A DNA stretch of 64,000 nucleotides from Giardia intestinalis (lineage: Eukaryota). Below the pieces are notes generated by a model that saw only the letters and a program-made list of their open reading frames with translations, was not told the DNA's origin and did not search any database. The DNA is taken from NCBI GenBank assembly GCA_000002435.2, contig CM018793.1; one strand, written 5' to 3'. The position numbers and the translations under genes are program-made. Shown here piece after piece: positions 18,720 to 31,200 of this stretch. Position 1 is the stretch's first letter, and every line of letters begins with the position of its first letter.

Positions 18720-21212
18720 TTATGCAGAGAAGTCATAATCATCTAGAGCGTCGTAATCATCATCTAACAAGTCAGATACCGTAAGGTTATCATGCTTAGG
18801 AATGAATTCGTTATCAAGAGCCTCTACCTCCTTGTGCTGAATCCGGTATCCGGCATATTGAGATGAGTAAGGTATGGTGATCGCCTTGTTCTCTCTTTCT
18901 TCTTCAATATTTTCACCATGCTCTCTTTCATCGGTGAATGTCACACTTTTCTGCCTTACCTGATTTTTTGGTGTGGGTGCCGGTGTAGTCCGTCTGGTAA
19001 GCTTGTGTGCGGATGCTTTGTATTCAGAGGAACTCGAGGCTTGTGATGGATGTGCCTTCTCCTCGTTGTGGCTGTTAGCAGTTGGCCTAAGCTCCCTTGA
19101 AGGGTTTCTAACGACGGACTTTACGGGATTCTTGTCATTATTGCTTGCATAATCGTCTTCGTGTTGCTCTGAATCAGATTGCATGTTAGATCTTGGTCCT
19201 CTCCGATCTTGTTGACTTTGGCGCTTTGCCGATTTATTAGCGCTTCTCTTATTGTAATTTTCTTGATAATTAACCACTGCAATCCTTACTTCGCTGTCCT
19301 CGTCGTCATTTTCACTGTGGCAGGAATGGTTATTTGTGTGCACTTGGGCTTTCAAGTCTGGGTCTTGCTGCTCTGGGAGGCTGCTTTTGTACGCTCCACT
19401 TCTGCTCTTTGTCTTTACAACGTTGAGTACACCATACCCGACACTTTGAGAGACATCAAGGGGACCCGAAAAGAGGGATTTCAGAAGCTGATGATTCGAC
19501 ACATGAACCTCTTGTGATGCGGAGGAGTCATCAGCGCCCCCAGATGACGCTAGCACAGTAGGCAGGGGCTTTGGCTCAGAGAGACTTTGTTTTGCAGATG
19601 TGCGCCGCATGACTCGCCGTATGGGACCTGTTGCTTGCGCACTCTTTCCACGCCCGTTGCTATTGGAGATATTAGTATTGCTTGTACTGCTGTTTAGTGG
19701 CGCAATAGCAGAATACTGAGCCTTGCTACTTTTATTGCTCGCAGAGGGCAGTCGTTGATCTGGCTGCTGCTGTGTCTTCAACTGATCTATATTCTGGACT
19801 CGAAGTTGGTGCGGACCAACTGCTGCATTTGAAAGGGATTCTTTTACTGCCTTGCTATCGTGCATCTGCTGGTGTTTAAGGTAGTCTAGGCGCTTTTTCT
19901 GTCTCTGCTCGTCGGTGAGGTCGTCATCAGGTGATCCGTATGCAAGATCTTCTAACGTCTTAGAAGGTCGCTTGGGAGGATAGTCAGACAGTATGGAGAT
20001 AGATACCCCGGCTTGGTGGCTTACGTTTGTGCTATCGATAGAGTAGTTTGCCAGTTTCTTGTCCAGTTCAGACAGCTCTCTCTTCAATGCCTCTTCATCA
20101 TCGGTGCATTTGGCAAGGTTTCGATTCAATTTCACGGTTTCTAGGCCCTCGAATGTCTTTGGTTTCGGGGCTGGCCTTGTTTTGAGCTCTACTTCTTTGT
20201 TTTGTAAGATAGGAGATAGTCGCATGATACCATTTGCTAATTGCTCGTGAGCAGACGCAGAGAAAAACATGTGCGTGTGGGCCTGGTCATTCGTTAGATG
20301 GGGCTCCAATTGAGCCGAAGAGGTAAGTGCTGGTATAGCAGCTTGAGAGTACCGCTGCAGTCCATTATCATAGACACTATCTGCGTAGTTTGTGTCGTCT
20401 TCATCATCAGAAGATTCTGCATATGTTGGAAGTTGGCGAACATCATCAATGGCTCGCTGTAGACCTGCAGCATTATTCGAATTGATGGAAGTAAGGTATT
20501 CATCTTCTGGCGGGACTACGGGTGCTGATGTTTTGGCTTTGGCTTGTGAAAGGTTGGCTATGGAGGTATCTGTACTAGAGACACTGAATTCGTTAGCGTG
20601 CCGCTTATCGCTACGACGGTCAACTGGTCCACCTTTCATTTTGGAGGGCGGAAGCTTATTCTGAACGGAGCACATGGCAAGCTGATGTGTTTCCGAGACG
20701 GCACGATTTTCCTCCAAAACAAACGTCTTTGCGCCCTGGGCTTCTGACTGCAAAAATGGGACACATGAATCCATAAATGCAGTGTTCTGTAGTTTTCCTC
20801 TGGCAACTTCTTGATAAACATTGTGTAGTATATTAGTAAACGTTGTCCCTGTGTGGTCAGTTGTTTCGTTTGTGGGTAAGTGCAAATCTGCCGACCTGGC
20901 GGATGACCTGAATTCAGCCGAGGGCGCCGGAAGCCGGCTAACCTTGCGTTTCTCTGCCACTTGTCTCGTGTGCGCTATTTTGTACTGCTGCATTCGTTGA
21001 TGCTCTTGTTCCTCCAGCTGCCTTGTCTGTTCATCATAGCGTTTTATCCTGTCACGAGTCTCCTTAGCAGCGCTGGAAGACGAAGCCGAGGGCGCTGGCT
21101 GACGCATACTAGTGGATGGTTTCGAGGCTGATCCATGCGAGTAGCTGTAAGCATACCCGTTCCCGTCCATTAAGGGCGCCCGACTAGCCCTGGGCGGCTC
21201 CCTCAGGGCCAT
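18720..21212 (-). CDS. Large low-complexity hypothetical protein rich in S/N/Q/D/E.
   Basis: It is an 830-aa ORF with an ATG start and fills the interval. No domain was recognised. Confidence 0.5.
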   Translation of the reverse strand: MALREPPRASRAPLMDGNGYAYSYSHGSASKPSTSMRQPAPSASSSSAAKETRDRIKRYDEQTRQLEEQEHQRMQQYKIAHTRQVAEKRKVSRLPAPSAEFRSSARSADLHLPTNETTDHTGTTFTNILHNVYQEVARGKLQNTAFMDSCVPFLQSEAQGAKTFVLEENRAVSETHQLAMCSVQNKLPPSKMKGGPVDRRSDKRHANEFSVSSTDTSIANLSQAKAKTSAPVVPPEDEYLTSINSNNAAGLQRAIDDVRQLPTYAESSDDEDDTNYADSVYDNGLQRYSQAAIPALTSSAQLEPHLTNDQAHTHMFFSASAHEQLANGIMRLSPILQNKEVELKTRPAPKPKTFEGLETVKLNRNLAKCTDDEEALKRELSELDKKLANYSIDSTNVSHQAGVSISILSDYPPKRPSKTLEDLAYGSPDDDLTDEQRQKKRLDYLKHQQMHDSKAVKESLSNAAVGPHQLRVQNIDQLKTQQQPDQRLPSASNKSSKAQYSAIAPLNSSTSNTNISNSNGRGKSAQATGPIRRVMRRTSAKQSLSEPKPLPTVLASSGGADDSSASQEVHVSNHQLLKSLFSGPLDVSQSVGYGVLNVVKTKSRSGAYKSSLPEQQDPDLKAQVHTNNHSCHSENDDEDSEVRIAVVNYQENYNKRSANKSAKRQSQQDRRGPRSNMQSDSEQHEDDYASNNDKNPVKSVVRNPSRELRPTANSHNEEKAHPSQASSSSEYKASAHKLTRRTTPAPTPKNQVRQKSVTFTDEREHGENIEEERENKAITIPYSSQYAGYRIQHKEVEALDNEFIPKHDNLTVSDLLDDDYDALDDYDFSA

Positions 21213-21577
21213 GCGGTGATTCTTTTTTGGACTAGCCTACACCCGCAGCCAAAGAGCATAGACAGAGACACGGGTGAGTAGTTGACATTTACTGGGCCTG
21301 CAGAGAAGGCAGGCGTAGAGAGTGCTTAAAGGCTCAGGGCGTTCGATGCGCACGCAGAAACACAGGCCCCACACTCTATGCACGCATCTGGACGGGCAAC
21401 AGATACAACCTTGGCCCCCGATGGAAAATCGAACACGTCTGCAGGGCACACCTCGCAGCACTCCATCGTTGCGCAGCACTTAGCAGCATCAAGCTTGATC
21501 GGCATTTTTAAAGTGGAACATCTTCTAGTATTTACGAATGCGGTGGGAAGTCTAAATTTACAACTATCAATGCAGCG

Positions 21578-22297
21578 TTATACATACGAACGTTGGGCTG
21601 GACGGCGAGGACAAAGGAAAAGTCCGATTACACCGTACAATATTAGCACAGTAGTAACGCACACCACTAAGAACATAATTATGGACCCGACGAAGCGAGG
21701 CATGTGCTCCGACGAAAGATTGTAAGGGTATGCAAGACAAAGAAACGAAAGGACAACGAGGGAAGCCCACTTGTTGAGCAGCAGAGGGTTCGTGTCCAGG
21801 AACTTCCTCATGATTGCAAGGTCTAAGTGGCAGAGGCCAAACAGGATTGTGATGAAGCCGAAGAAGAGTGAGCACATGAGCCAGTAGAACTCAAACCCGC
21901 CGTTGTTGATTTTGTAGAAGATAGACAAAATGAACGCAAGACAGGTCAGAAAGTGCGTGATAGAGAACACACACTTTAGTACGGTAGCCCAAGTACCCTT
22001 GCTCACAGGGTACGTGTCTGGGATGCGAACGGGAAGACGCGCTTTTGCGTACTCATCATCGTCGTTTCCGAGGTTATCCCTATCAGGAACCGGGGGCTGG
22101 GAAGCCCTGAAGTTGTTAACGGCGCTGTTGTCAAGGTTCATCCCGGAGCTCCCGATAGCGTTCCCGGGTTCTGAGGTCTGCCATCCCGGCTGTTGCGCTG
22201 GTGCATAGGGATTGCCTGAGGCGATGGGCCCCGGGGCCACCATACCGGCAGGAGCGCCCATACCCATAGTTTGGGGCATGTTGGAGTTGTACTGCAT
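21578..22297 (-). CDS. Four-TM membrane protein with a Pro/Gly/Gln-rich N-terminal tail.
   Basis: It is 239 aa. The N-terminal 90 aa are low-complexity (NPYAPAQQPGW). Four hydrophobic segments of 20-23 aa follow (VFSITHFLTCLAFILSIFY, LMCSLFFGFITILFGLC, LVVLSFLCLAYPY, IIMFLVVCVTTVLILYGVIGLFL). Confidence 0.55.
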   Translation of the reverse strand: MQYNSNMPQTMGMGAPAGMVAPGPIASGNPYAPAQQPGWQTSEPGNAIGSSGMNLDNSAVNNFRASQPPVPDRDNLGNDDDEYAKARLPVRIPDTYPVSKGTWATVLKCVFSITHFLTCLAFILSIFYKINNGGFEFYWLMCSLFFGFITILFGLCHLDLAIMRKFLDTNPLLLNKWASLVVLSFLCLAYPYNLSSEHMPRFVGSIIMFLVVCVTTVLILYGVIGLFLCPRRPAQRSYV

Positions 22298-22433
22298 GTC
22301 GACAAGAAAAGCCTTTTAAAACTCTATAAAATCTTACAGGATAAGACACGTGACTCTTATCTTTAACATTTCATTTAATTTATCTTAATAACCTTTTCAC
22401 TGATTTGTCCTTTAATAACTTTATTTTTCGGAC

Positions 22434-24248
22434 ATGTCCACTGATAGAGAATGTGCACAATGCAACTGGGTCATGGACAGAGATGACGTAGATCTCACCG
22501 TAGCAACCATGGTGAGCGACATCCTTCAGCAGTACTCACGAGATCCTCATAAAACTCACGGTACAAACCGCTCGGGGAGCCCCTGCTCGACTCAGGCGTC
22601 TGTTCCTCTATCCGAGATTACTGGCTCAGAAGAAGAAGCCTCTCTCCGGCCCATTGCTCACAGATTAGGAACTGTTCCCCGTCCTGCTTCAATGAATGCA
22701 GTTGCAGACGTGAAGACGCGTCTTAAAGAGTATAAGCAAAGGGTCAACCACCTGGAGGCAGAAATTCGCAACCTGGAGCAGACACTCATCGACGAGCGCA
22801 CCAAAGCATCCGTATATCAAATGGAACAAGAACAGCTTATTGCTACCATGAAGGAGAGCTTTAAGCAAGAGAACTTGAAGCTGCTGGCGTCCAACAAGCA
22901 AATTGTAGAGAAGCTCCTTGCAGAAAAAAAGGACCTGGCCGACAAGTATGAGGAGCTGGCCAATGATCTCCACAAAGCCAAGCTTGAGCAGATGGGCAAC
23001 GTAACGGCTGCCTCTGAAAACGAAATTCTCAAGACGCAGTTAGATAAGCTTAAGCAAGAACACGTGTCACTAAAGGCAACCTTCGATGAGCAACTTGAGA
23101 AGGCCAAACACAGAATCCAAGTAACTGAAAGCAAGAAGCGAAAGCAAGCTGTTGAAGAGGCCATAGAGCAGACCAAGCATACGCTAGCATTAGGATTAGA
23201 GCCAAAGCTCCAGGAGATGGACCTAGCTCATAAGACAGAGACATTAAAGCTCACAGCTGACCATGAAACAGCTCTCCGACGGCAAAAGCAAGACCTGACT
23301 CTTCAGCACGAAGAAGCCTTGGCAAAGCAGCGTACAGAAATTATGAAGCAAACAGCAGAGGAAATCGATCAACTCCGCGAAGAGATGCAACAGAAAATCA
23401 AACGAGTCAAGGCAGAGTTACAGCATGAACACAGCCTAGAACTAGAGACCATCAAAAAGAAACTGCAAATGGAGCACGATGTGTCTGTCAGCACAGAGCT
23501 TACCAAGATGCGCGGCCTTCTCAACGAAAAAACATTAGAATGCGACATACTCAATGACAAATTGCAAAAGTTGAGTGCAGAAGCTCAGAAATCTATAGAG
23601 CAGCTCAAGCTAAGCTACATATCTGAGGTAGACAAGTACAGAGTTGCCTATGCAAATGAGGTTTCAGTGATTAAAACGCAGTACAAGGAGCTAGCAAGAA
23701 CACTCTGGTTGCAGAGTAAGCCAGAGATGGTGGAGCAGGTAAGGACGGAGCGCGATAAGATTCTCAAGTCCATGGCAAAGACATGGGATGAGAAGATCGA
23801 AGCAGCTCGGCTGCAAGAGCGCACGGTGGTGACTGAAAAGGAGGCTGAGATAGCTACAAAGGACGCGAGGATTAAAGACTTGCAGCTACAACTTCTCAAC
23901 GCTGAGGTAGAAACGAGCAAATGTAATGCAGAGCGGGAGGCTTTAACTGGTAGAATTTCTCACCTTGTTAATGAAAAGGATTCTTTCATGACTAGGCAAT
24001 CCTATAGTTATGCTAGGCTGCAGATGAGTGTGGAGGACTATCGCTGTCGAGCAATTCGCCAGCAAACCAGACGGCGCGACTTCGAGGCCAAGATTAAGAA
24101 CAAGGTGCAGGAGAAGCTTCTGGCCATTGCTCAGGAGAAAGACACTCTAATAGCACAACTCACTGAAGCCCTGGAACTAGAACAGCAGCGCTCCGCCGAG
24201 TATGTCGCACAGCTTGCTCAGCTGCAGGAGCTGACAAATGCCGAGTGA
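22434..24248 (+). CDS. Long coiled-coil protein of cytoskeletal type.
   Basis: It is 604 aa, and residues about 90-600 are almost continuously heptad-like with E/K/Q/L composition (KLKQEHVSLKATFDEQLEKAKHRIQ...). Confidence 0.6.
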   Translation: MSTDRECAQCNWVMDRDDVDLTVATMVSDILQQYSRDPHKTHGTNRSGSPCSTQASVPLSEITGSEEEASLRPIAHRLGTVPRPASMNAVADVKTRLKEYKQRVNHLEAEIRNLEQTLIDERTKASVYQMEQEQLIATMKESFKQENLKLLASNKQIVEKLLAEKKDLADKYEELANDLHKAKLEQMGNVTAASENEILKTQLDKLKQEHVSLKATFDEQLEKAKHRIQVTESKKRKQAVEEAIEQTKHTLALGLEPKLQEMDLAHKTETLKLTADHETALRRQKQDLTLQHEEALAKQRTEIMKQTAEEIDQLREEMQQKIKRVKAELQHEHSLELETIKKKLQMEHDVSVSTELTKMRGLLNEKTLECDILNDKLQKLSAEAQKSIEQLKLSYISEVDKYRVAYANEVSVIKTQYKELARTLWLQSKPEMVEQVRTERDKILKSMAKTWDEKIEAARLQERTVVTEKEAEIATKDARIKDLQLQLLNAEVETSKCNAEREALTGRISHLVNEKDSFMTRQSYSYARLQMSVEDYRCRAIRQQTRRRDFEAKIKNKVQEKLLAIAQEKDTLIAQLTEALELEQQRSAEYVAQLAQLQELTNAE

Positions 24249-24296
24249 TAGATGTAGAGGCATGCATACACGAACATATGCACACCAACGAATCAT

Positions 24297-25208
24297 TCAC
24301 TTACTTGAAAAGTTTAGTCCCCACGTGGAACTCTTGATTGGCCCCTTTTTGTCGACAATTTGGGGTATCGCGTTCAGTTTAGATAGATCAATCCGTTGCT
24401 TAGGGTCGTAGTTTAACATGCTCTGTAGCGTTCCGATCAGCTCCTCGCTATACTCCCGCTCTCTTAATTCATTCACGTCTACCTCAAAGCCTTGCAGCTT
24501 TTTCAGTAGCTCCTCGGGGTTTGCAGAGTATGCAGGCGGCTTAAGAGCACACACACAATACACAAGAGCGCCTAGGGACCATAGATCGCTTTCTTCTGTG
24601 TATCTCTCCATTTTGAGGACCTCTGGGGGACAAAATCCCAGGGTGCCGAATATGGTAGAGCTCAATATTACATTGTCCAGCAGTCTAAACGTTCCGGAGT
24701 CAGCGAGTTTGCAGTATCCGTCGGCTGCTAGAAACACCTTCGATGGCTTAATGTTTCTGTGTACTAGGGGACCCATGTCGGTATTGTCCTTCTGTGGAGA
24801 ATGGTAATAAAGAAGAGCCTCTGCTAGGTGAGAGAGAATATACCACACCGTTTCCTCAGGGATCACGCGCTCCTTCATTCTGTAAAAGAGGATCACATCC
24901 ATTAGGCAGCACCTTTCGTAATACTCCATTACAAAATGACCAAGGTTTTTCGTATCATTATAATAAACATCGTAATACTTCACAAGGTTCTTGTGTGACA
25001 GTGAGCATAGCTTGATGAAGTCGTTGCGTACGACAGATCTGTACCTGTTCGGTATACTTGTAATATTGACTACCTTGACTGCATAGTCTTGCCCTTGACT
25101 TCCATCATTGCACGCTGGGTCCAGTGACCGTACCACTTCCACGTGTCCCAAAGCCGTCTTTGCTAGGACGGGGCCAGTGGAGACATAATGCTCCTCGAAC
25201 TTGGCCAT
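24297..25208 (-). CDS. Kinase-like protein, a probable NEK-family pseudokinase.
   Basis: YAVKVV is present. The catalytic loop is HRNIKPSKVF (Asp replaced by Asn), DFG is replaced by DSG, and it has GTLGFCPPE. No Gly loop is present. Confidence 0.65.
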   Translation of the reverse strand: MAKFEEHYVSTGPVLAKTALGHVEVVRSLDPACNDGSQGQDYAVKVVNITSIPNRYRSVVRNDFIKLCSLSHKNLVKYYDVYYNDTKNLGHFVMEYYERCCLMDVILFYRMKERVIPEETVWYILSHLAEALLYYHSPQKDNTDMGPLVHRNIKPSKVFLAADGYCKLADSGTFRLLDNVILSSTIFGTLGFCPPEVLKMERYTEESDLWSLGALVYCVCALKPPAYSANPEELLKKLQGFEVDVNELREREYSEELIGTLQSMLNYDPKQRIDLSKLNAIPQIVDKKGPIKSSTWGLNFSSK

Positions 25209-25277
25209 TTTTTAAAATGCCTGAGAGGTCTGCAGAGGCACCACGTTACAAATTATTTAATATATAACCGCTCTGGA

Positions 25278-28200
25278 TCACTGGACAATCCGTCCTATAA
25301 ATTTTCCATCCAGAGAATAGATAATTACATACTTGCCATACCTAATTGTTTTATAGTATTGTAGTAAATTCCTATTGACACTTGGATCTCTATCAATATA
25401 GATTGGAAGGAAGAGCCTAGTATCTTGCTGCGGCATGCCCAAAGAGACGCTTTGGTGCTGGCCTGTCATCTTCTCTGCTCCGTCTCGAACAATTAGCATG
25501 GAATAGGACAACAGCTCTAGGCGCATGCTCCTCCTTGAGATTATGTCAGTCAACTGAAGAGTGCGAAGTATAGTACATAACGGAGGGAAGTCACGAGCCC
25601 TGTCCACATTGTGAACAGGCCGCCCCTCCAGTTTAAATGAGCCAGTGACCTCTGGAAACGAGGAGACACCGTACACGGAGATAGACTTGGCTGCAAGCAA
25701 GCTTATGTTGCTAGAATTGATGAAATAAGGTGCATTGTTGGTTGAAACGATCTGCTTCGAGGATACGCGGTCAAGAAAGGCATCAAATGTGTGTTGCATG
25801 AACTGGAGAAGAGCTCGTTGGCAGATTACAGTGTTAATTGTGGTTAACATTATGAGAGAGTGGATTGAAAGATACTGCAGGTTGATTCGAGAGTACTTCT
25901 GCAAGAGATACATCGCTAGTTCTTTGTCCAATGACTCATAGCAGAGGTCAGACAGCCAGTAGCGAGGAGCAATCTCAACCGTCATGACAATCGAGAGGAC
26001 GTCCTCTACGCTGACTCCTGGACTGATCTGGTTTAATTTTGACGAGGTATTTGTCACGCCACAAAGGAGATTTAGCAAGACGTTACATGTCTTGGCTATT
26101 ACAGTTTGTCTGGTTGGCAGCGTATCGTGGTATGACTTCAAAAGGCTGTGCATGCGTGCATACATTCTCGCGAAAATTGGCTTAATACGCCCATTGCTCT
26201 GGATGAGGGAGAAAGAAACCTGGTCGTTTTTGGCTATCGCCTGCATACGCTCCTTCTCTAGGGTAAATGTGCGGAGAAGAGTAAGCAAGTCGCCCTTCTC
26301 TGATAAATCTAAAAGGCCTAGGCAAACTCTAAAGGCTTTCTTCATGCGAATGTCAGCTACAAGACGCCGTTGGTCATCCAGTGAAGTGGATCCAATCAAA
26401 TTACAGTTAAAGTAGGGAACAAGGGCTTCATCGAACTGCTTGTACAGGCTTCCTAGGGAGATAACTGGCAGAACTTCGTTGTTGTAGTATCGCATAAGAT
26501 AATGGCCCACTCCATTAGAGTACGCTTTAACGTACCGAAATGCAGGGGCATCGAATGCTAGCTTGTACCGCAAGTGTCTGGGAGCAAACACCGGTATGCC
26601 ATCGCCACCTGAGCGTGCCAACCACAGGTGCACCGTTTCAGGAAACGATGTAGTGTCCCCTATATAGTCATAGCCAGAGGGCTCCTCAACCGCAGTCAGC
26701 TGTGTATAGATGGACGGAGGATTGAGATCAAAGAGAATGTAAAAGCTTTGTGGACCATTTTGCAAAACAGACGGATTAGTATAGCATAGCATTCGTACAC
26801 TCAGGTGAAGGAGCCCTGTGTGACCGGGTAGTGGATCAACCTGCGTCTGCTTGGCCATGGTATTGGTGATTCTCTTGTAGTGCAGGGCGCCAGAGACCAC
26901 CATTGGCGAGAGAGAATCGGTTAGCTTAACGTGGGACGTGGCGCTCTTGTCAGGCTGATATTTGCTTTCCTGGCTCTGCGGCCAAGCCCGCTCAAAGGTC
27001 TCTCGCTGAGTACTAATCCGTGCCCTTAGCGAATCTGTAGCCTCTATGGTTGTCGTTGCAACAAACTCCCTCTCCATGCCGGCAAGCTTTATGCAGTGAG
27101 GCTCAGTAGTTGCATATGTATCCAACGGCTCAAGCAAGAGCCTGTTTTCAAAGAATGTGGTAGGCATGTACGCCATGCGAAAGATAACACCAAGAAGCCG
27201 TGCATTTTCATACACTCTCCCAAAGAGGCAATTGAGTAGCTGCCGTGTTTGCTTATTGTGCTCAGGTCCCAATCCTTTATTAGACGGCTCACGCAATAAA
27301 AAGCATGAAAGCTGTTCCGGATTAAGGTATCCCCCGGGGAATTCTAAAGTATGGGTGTATATCTGCTGAGGTTTGGACCTCTTGTCGCTCCTATTATCAG
27401 TCTTACTCCAGGCATCGTCAAGGCGATAGGAGTGCTGCGTTATCAAGTGTGCAAGACTGGTTGCAGTAAAGATGACGATGGCCTCCTCTTCTTCGACGAT
27501 GTTATAATAATGCTCAAGTGGCAGGCCTGGCACTTTGACTAAAGACTCTTGTAGACCTTGGGAAGCGCTTACTTTGTTGTCGCTCCAAATCTTTGCTTGC
27601 TGCTTGAGTTGACTACCTGGCATGAAATTAAGATAGGATAGCTCTCGCACACGATGATCAGATGCAGATAGGGAGTGCTCCGATCCTGCTCCCTGATGTC
27701 CAAACAGCCTCTGCGAAGGAATGAATGGTATCAATGGAATCTTTTGTCCTGGAAGCTTAAATGAATAGATGCACCGTCGCAAGCTCCGCTTAGACACAAA
27801 GTCCTGATGGAGAGCAATCAGCTTGATAAACATCTTATGCTGCTCTGGGGTGCATCCGTTAAGTTTAACGTTGGTCGGTATGACATCTGGATCTAGTATG
27901 TAACTAATGAATGACTGATAATTAAATTGAAGCTCACGAGTTTTCATAATATAGTTTCGCAGATTGAATAACAAAAGGACAAGGTCTCGTCGCGTGAACG
28001 CCCGAAAGTCTACCTCGGTGGCCCGTTGACGCTGCATGGAACTCTGTGTCTGAAGAGCCTTCTCACTACGCTGTAAATAGATGTGCAGAGGGAGGTTGTC
28101 GATCATCGCCTTTGCAAAGAGTTGACAGCAAATGGTCGGTGCGATTGTCAGAAGTGCTCTTGAGACAAGGCTGTAGCTGGCCCGCCCATTATAAATAGCA

Positions 28201-31200
28201 ATTGACCGCTCCACTTCTCCAGTTGAATCGGGATTGGCTTCATCTGGTGGGGTAGTGTATAGAATAAGATGCAGCTCAAGTGCAGAAGCAGCCTTGCTAC
28301 GACATGGGTTTTTTAGATCACAGTTGCATGCCTTACACTGTCGTAGTTGTGGAATAAGCATAGTATTAAGTACACTTGAACCTTTGGCAGAAAACGCTCC
28401 TTCAGTTGAGTTAGGCAGTGTCCGATAGACGATACGAAGTCTGTATGGAAGAGCAGAATATGAGGGCGATCGGTTAAGCAATAGCGTAAACAACTGTATT
28501 GTTAGTTCAGACTCCTGACTCACATCACCATGCGCTGATGTCCTCTGAATAAACTGACGAAACCGTTTGCACTCGCTGCAGGCCTTGTTACTCTCCAGAA
28601 TCACCGAGGGATTGTATCCTAGAAGAAGGCGCTCAATCGCTCTGTGCCATAGCAAACTGTCGATATGAGCCACTATACCATATAGTTTGGAGAGGCACAT
28701 AGCGCTCCCAGAGACACGACACGTTGTGACAGTGGTATTCAGAAACGCATACGTTGCTAAGAAGTCAGACTCATATGCAGGATTGCATCTGAGATACTTT
28801 AGATATGCAGAGTTGATTGGAATGGATTTGATTACAGAGCCTGCCCATGCGCCTGAGGGTTTGGCGCTTAGAAGGCCCGAAGGGCTGATAATGTTTGGTA
28901 ATGAGTAGGCTAGTGCCACGAAGACGCAGCACTCTGCTTTCTGTTGAATGGTCATATCTGTAATAGGGCTTTTAACAGACATGCTTTCCTTCAGAAATTC
29001 GCTGTAAAAACGAACGCTTTTGTCCCACATAGCCACCGCCACATGTGCATGAGGAATGGGAGTTGGAATAAAGTAGCCTCCGTGGTAGTAATTCAACTGT
29101 TCAGAAATGTTTTCAATGGACATAAATAGCGACGAGTTCAAGCTATTCATGGAGTCTCCCTCGTTGGTTTTAAAGGACTTGATGTCGGCTCCAAAGAGCG
29201 AATACTGTGTGTGGGGTATCTCCATAGAAAACCGGCATGTGCGAAGAAGGTAGTTAAACTTTCGCAGCGCCTTATAAACCTTCTCAGTGTAAAGAGACTT
29301 CGTTGTATCCGTGGGAGGAAGGCTAAACACTGTTGTTGGATCTATGCCCTCGAGTACCAGATACCTATTAGCCTGCGGCTGCGCCTGCAGTTCCTCGAAC
29401 TGCAACTTGGAGAAATGGGGTTCCGTATTTCCTGCAGACAAGTCACTTATCAGAAAGAAGTACCTAGCAAAATCTGACATGAAGTCCACAATGGTATCCG
29501 TATAGGAGTAGATAGCTGCAGAAAAGATACGCTGAACAATTTTAGTAACATCCGCCCCTTTTATCTGGAAAGTAAGCTGGAGGCGTCCATCACCTCCAGG
29601 GCTTATGATAGAGACGGCAAGTCCGAGAGATGCATCGAGAACAATTTCAACGGAAGATATTTCTGCCTGGAGTCCTTCCCTGGTGGCATCTACCAGGAAA
29701 GTATTGTTAGCCAATATTACCTTAAAATGATTATAGAAATCTACGAGAGGTATGTTGATATGTGAAGAAAGCTGCGAATGTAACGACATGATGAAGCGAA
29801 AAAGAAAAACGCTGGATTGGCTGCGTGTAGATAGGTCCGTACTGTCCGTAGAGTAGTATGGGATTCTTGTCACATCAAGATACTCGGCGAAGTCTGGGCC
29901 TTTTCTGTGCTTGACACGTGTATCTGAAAGCAGCTGAATAAGCCCAAACGGATAAGTGTATACAGGCCGGAAGAAGAAAATAGCATAGTTATCTTTCCGC
30001 TTTGTCTGCTGATAAAGGGTAAGAATGTGACCGATTGTTTGGTGGGATCCTTTCCCGACACCCAATGCCAAGCTCTTTACTGCAGTCAAGGAGGTATCCT
30101 CATCTACAGAATAACCGATCATATACTTTAGGTCTATGTGTGGATAGAAAAGGCCGACGTCCTCAAGCATACAGCCCCCAAGTTCGTATACCTTCTCAAT
30201 CAACGAATTGCTCCATACTGTCAAACGAAAAATGACAGCAAAGCAGGGCTGCAATAGCCTATGTTTATGTTTATCAAAGAAATGATGAAACGAGGGAACA
30301 GCGATTTCATGGAGCGCATCTTGTAGCTGAACACCGTAAGCGTTGGGAGCTCTCCGGTAGAAGCTTGCCCTTGCTTGAAAAGCAGAGTTCTGATTGGAGG
30401 CCTTGTACATGGCAAGCTGTGTCACCATCGTCGAGGCAGCTCTTGATGAAATAAAGTCACAAATAATCGAGTGGACCATGTAGAAGCGCGTATCAGTAGG
30501 ACGAATAGAGGTCATCTCGAGACTCTTACGTACACGCTGCAACTTCTCCTGTATGCACTCTGTAATAGAACTTATCATTATTGTATTCTGTGCTAGCTCT
30601 GCCGGGTAGAACTGGAGCTTCATAAGCTCCATAGGTAGAAAGTCAATCCCGCTATTGAGATAAAAGTTTATATCAGTAACAAAAACGCACCGGTAGAAGT
30701 CTGTTTTTACGGCAACCCTAGCGCCACTTACAGCCAAGGACATCCCCGCAGGCTTCAACTCTCGTACCATGTAACGAACTACTTCCTCGGTTGTGGCACG
30801 CTTATATTGTCCGTGTATGAGTGATTTGTACCGTTCCTTTGATGCCTGCAACATACTAATGGGGGTGGAATAGAATGGCCACCGGGTCAATCTTGTCCCG
30901 GGCGGCCCCGAGAGCATGACGATTGCCCGGTCAACCGCGTAAATGGGGTCATAGAAGCCGTGTACTTCAGTGAAAGTAACTGGAAACTCATCCACCGAGC
31001 GCAGAACCCGATAGTGGTCATGGGACGAAGCCCACCGGGAAAGAATAAGTTGCTTGCCCTTGGAAATAATATCTCGCGAGTGTGTCGAGTATATCGGTAA
31101 AAGATGCTTCAGAAAACTCAGCAAAGTTCTAATCTTGGAAAGAATCAAGATCGAGCGTGTTGCTGGGTTAATCTGGCCCTTACGGGGAAGCTCCTCTACA

